Shown one piece after another: positions 62,785 through 64,000 of a stretch of 64,000 nt of DNA. The DNA is from Laetmonice hystrix (lineage: Eukaryota), in assembly GCA_965235115.1 (NCBI GenBank), contig OZ249436.1, positions 7,814,001 through 7,878,000 of the forward strand. Direction: 5' to 3'. Position 1 is the first letter of the stretch. Every line of letters begins with the position of its first letter. The notes under the pieces are model-generated. The model ran no database searches, was not told the origin of the DNA, and saw only the letters and a list, made by a program, of their open reading frames with translations. The position numbers were made by a program, and so were the translations under genes.

Positions 62785-64000
62785 TATGCATAGTGCAAAT
62801 TATGTTCTACAGTTTTCTATGCTGAATTGAATTAGTCTGAGAGAAAATAAAATAGATTGACGTTCAGAGGCAGGCTGACCTGTCTGAGCTAGTTTAGTTT
62901 GACATTATTGGCAGTCATTTGTTGATATAATGAAGTTAGTGTTGCAGCAGGGCGGCTATTTTTGCAGATAGTTTACTTAGCCTGCATGTGTTTGCTGATG
63001 GCTTATGTATACGGACTTGATACATAATTGTCCCTAATGCCTGGTAGAAACACAAGAACATCCAAGTTTGATATCCATGATGTGCCCACAAATACAAGAA
63101 CTCAGATCTTATCCTGCTATATATCTACATTAGATAGATATCTAGACTCCAGAGTAATTGCTCAGGTAATCAGTATATTGTTTGCGGAAAATGAGGAGTA
63201 GGCGAGAGTCTGAGACCTTGTGTTTCTGTGTGTGCCTCCTGTAAATGATATGAAGAGTCAGCCCTAGGGTGAACTGTTGGCGAGGGTGTTATATTGATGG
63301 CGTCCCAGGGTGCCCCATACATATGTTCTGATACTATGTCTAGCGGTTATCGTCCGACAGGATGTAGACAAGATGAAAGAATAATGTCTGTTGGCATTGT
63401 GGTCGACATCCAGAAAATAGGGCATATTTGTGACAGGCTTTGTGCAGTTGTAGCCTAACTCGTGTTTCCCTTATGGTGCCTACAAATATTTGCCAGCCAT
63501 TTGTATTTGTTCTGACAATACCGCTTGCATTAGTCCAGTCACATATTTGTTTTTAATTAAAACCATATCCCCAGCGAGAACTGAACCTGCAATTGGGTCT
63601 TGGATGAAGGCTGAGCACTGTAAGGCACGCCTTCACTGTATTCGTACCCACCCTCGACTGGCATGATTGGCACATGATGATCTCAGCAAGGTGACCAATG
63701 GGAGACAAGCTTACAGACGGCCATGTGGTGGGGGTATAGAGTTGCGCTGCTGAGGAAATCACCGCAAACTTTGTTGATCTTGGCAAGTTTAGGGTGCTTG
63801 ACTCATGCCGGGCTAACAGCCATAGAATACCAGCATCTTGGGGAAAAACGGGCCAGCAGTTATTTTGGAATGCCACAGGTCAGCAGACTTCACAGCTAGT
63901 GTACACACTCCAGAGCCCACTGATTTTAAACAGGGCTCAGTTGGGGCGGTCCGACTGGGGCGGCTGTCAGGACCGACAATCACAGTTATTGGGAGTGAAC

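Overview
Eukaryotic (metazoan, probably marine invertebrate; inferred) genomic DNA. The first 15 kb is gene-dense. It holds the last three coding exons of an unidentified + strand gene (1890-2935) and an intronless cholesterol 25-hydroxylase-like gene (5516-6460, -). Head-to-head with that gene lies the NMD factor SMG5 (+), for which 19 phase-consistent GT-AG exons (6993-15096, 907 codons) can be read by hand. The SMG5 C-terminal coiled-coil/PIN exons are not visible in the remaining 49 kb. That region has no recognisable coding sequence but contains many unrelated tandem arrays (18, 24, ~30, 33, 36/37, 78, 86 and 146 bp units), several MITE families, a nested pair of Helentron/HINE-like elements, numerous CTCF-like motifs and a textbook recursive-splice (AG|GTAAGT) site. 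Most notable: a chain of stop/start-overlapping uORFs before the SMG5 ATG; the abrupt giant-intron or truncation of SMG5; the nested HINE whose internal satellite repeats an E-box plus CRE palindrome pair; and a nuclear-receptor half-site cluster in the shared CH25H-like/SMG5 promoter. All coordinates and copy numbers are hand-counted; no database searches were run.
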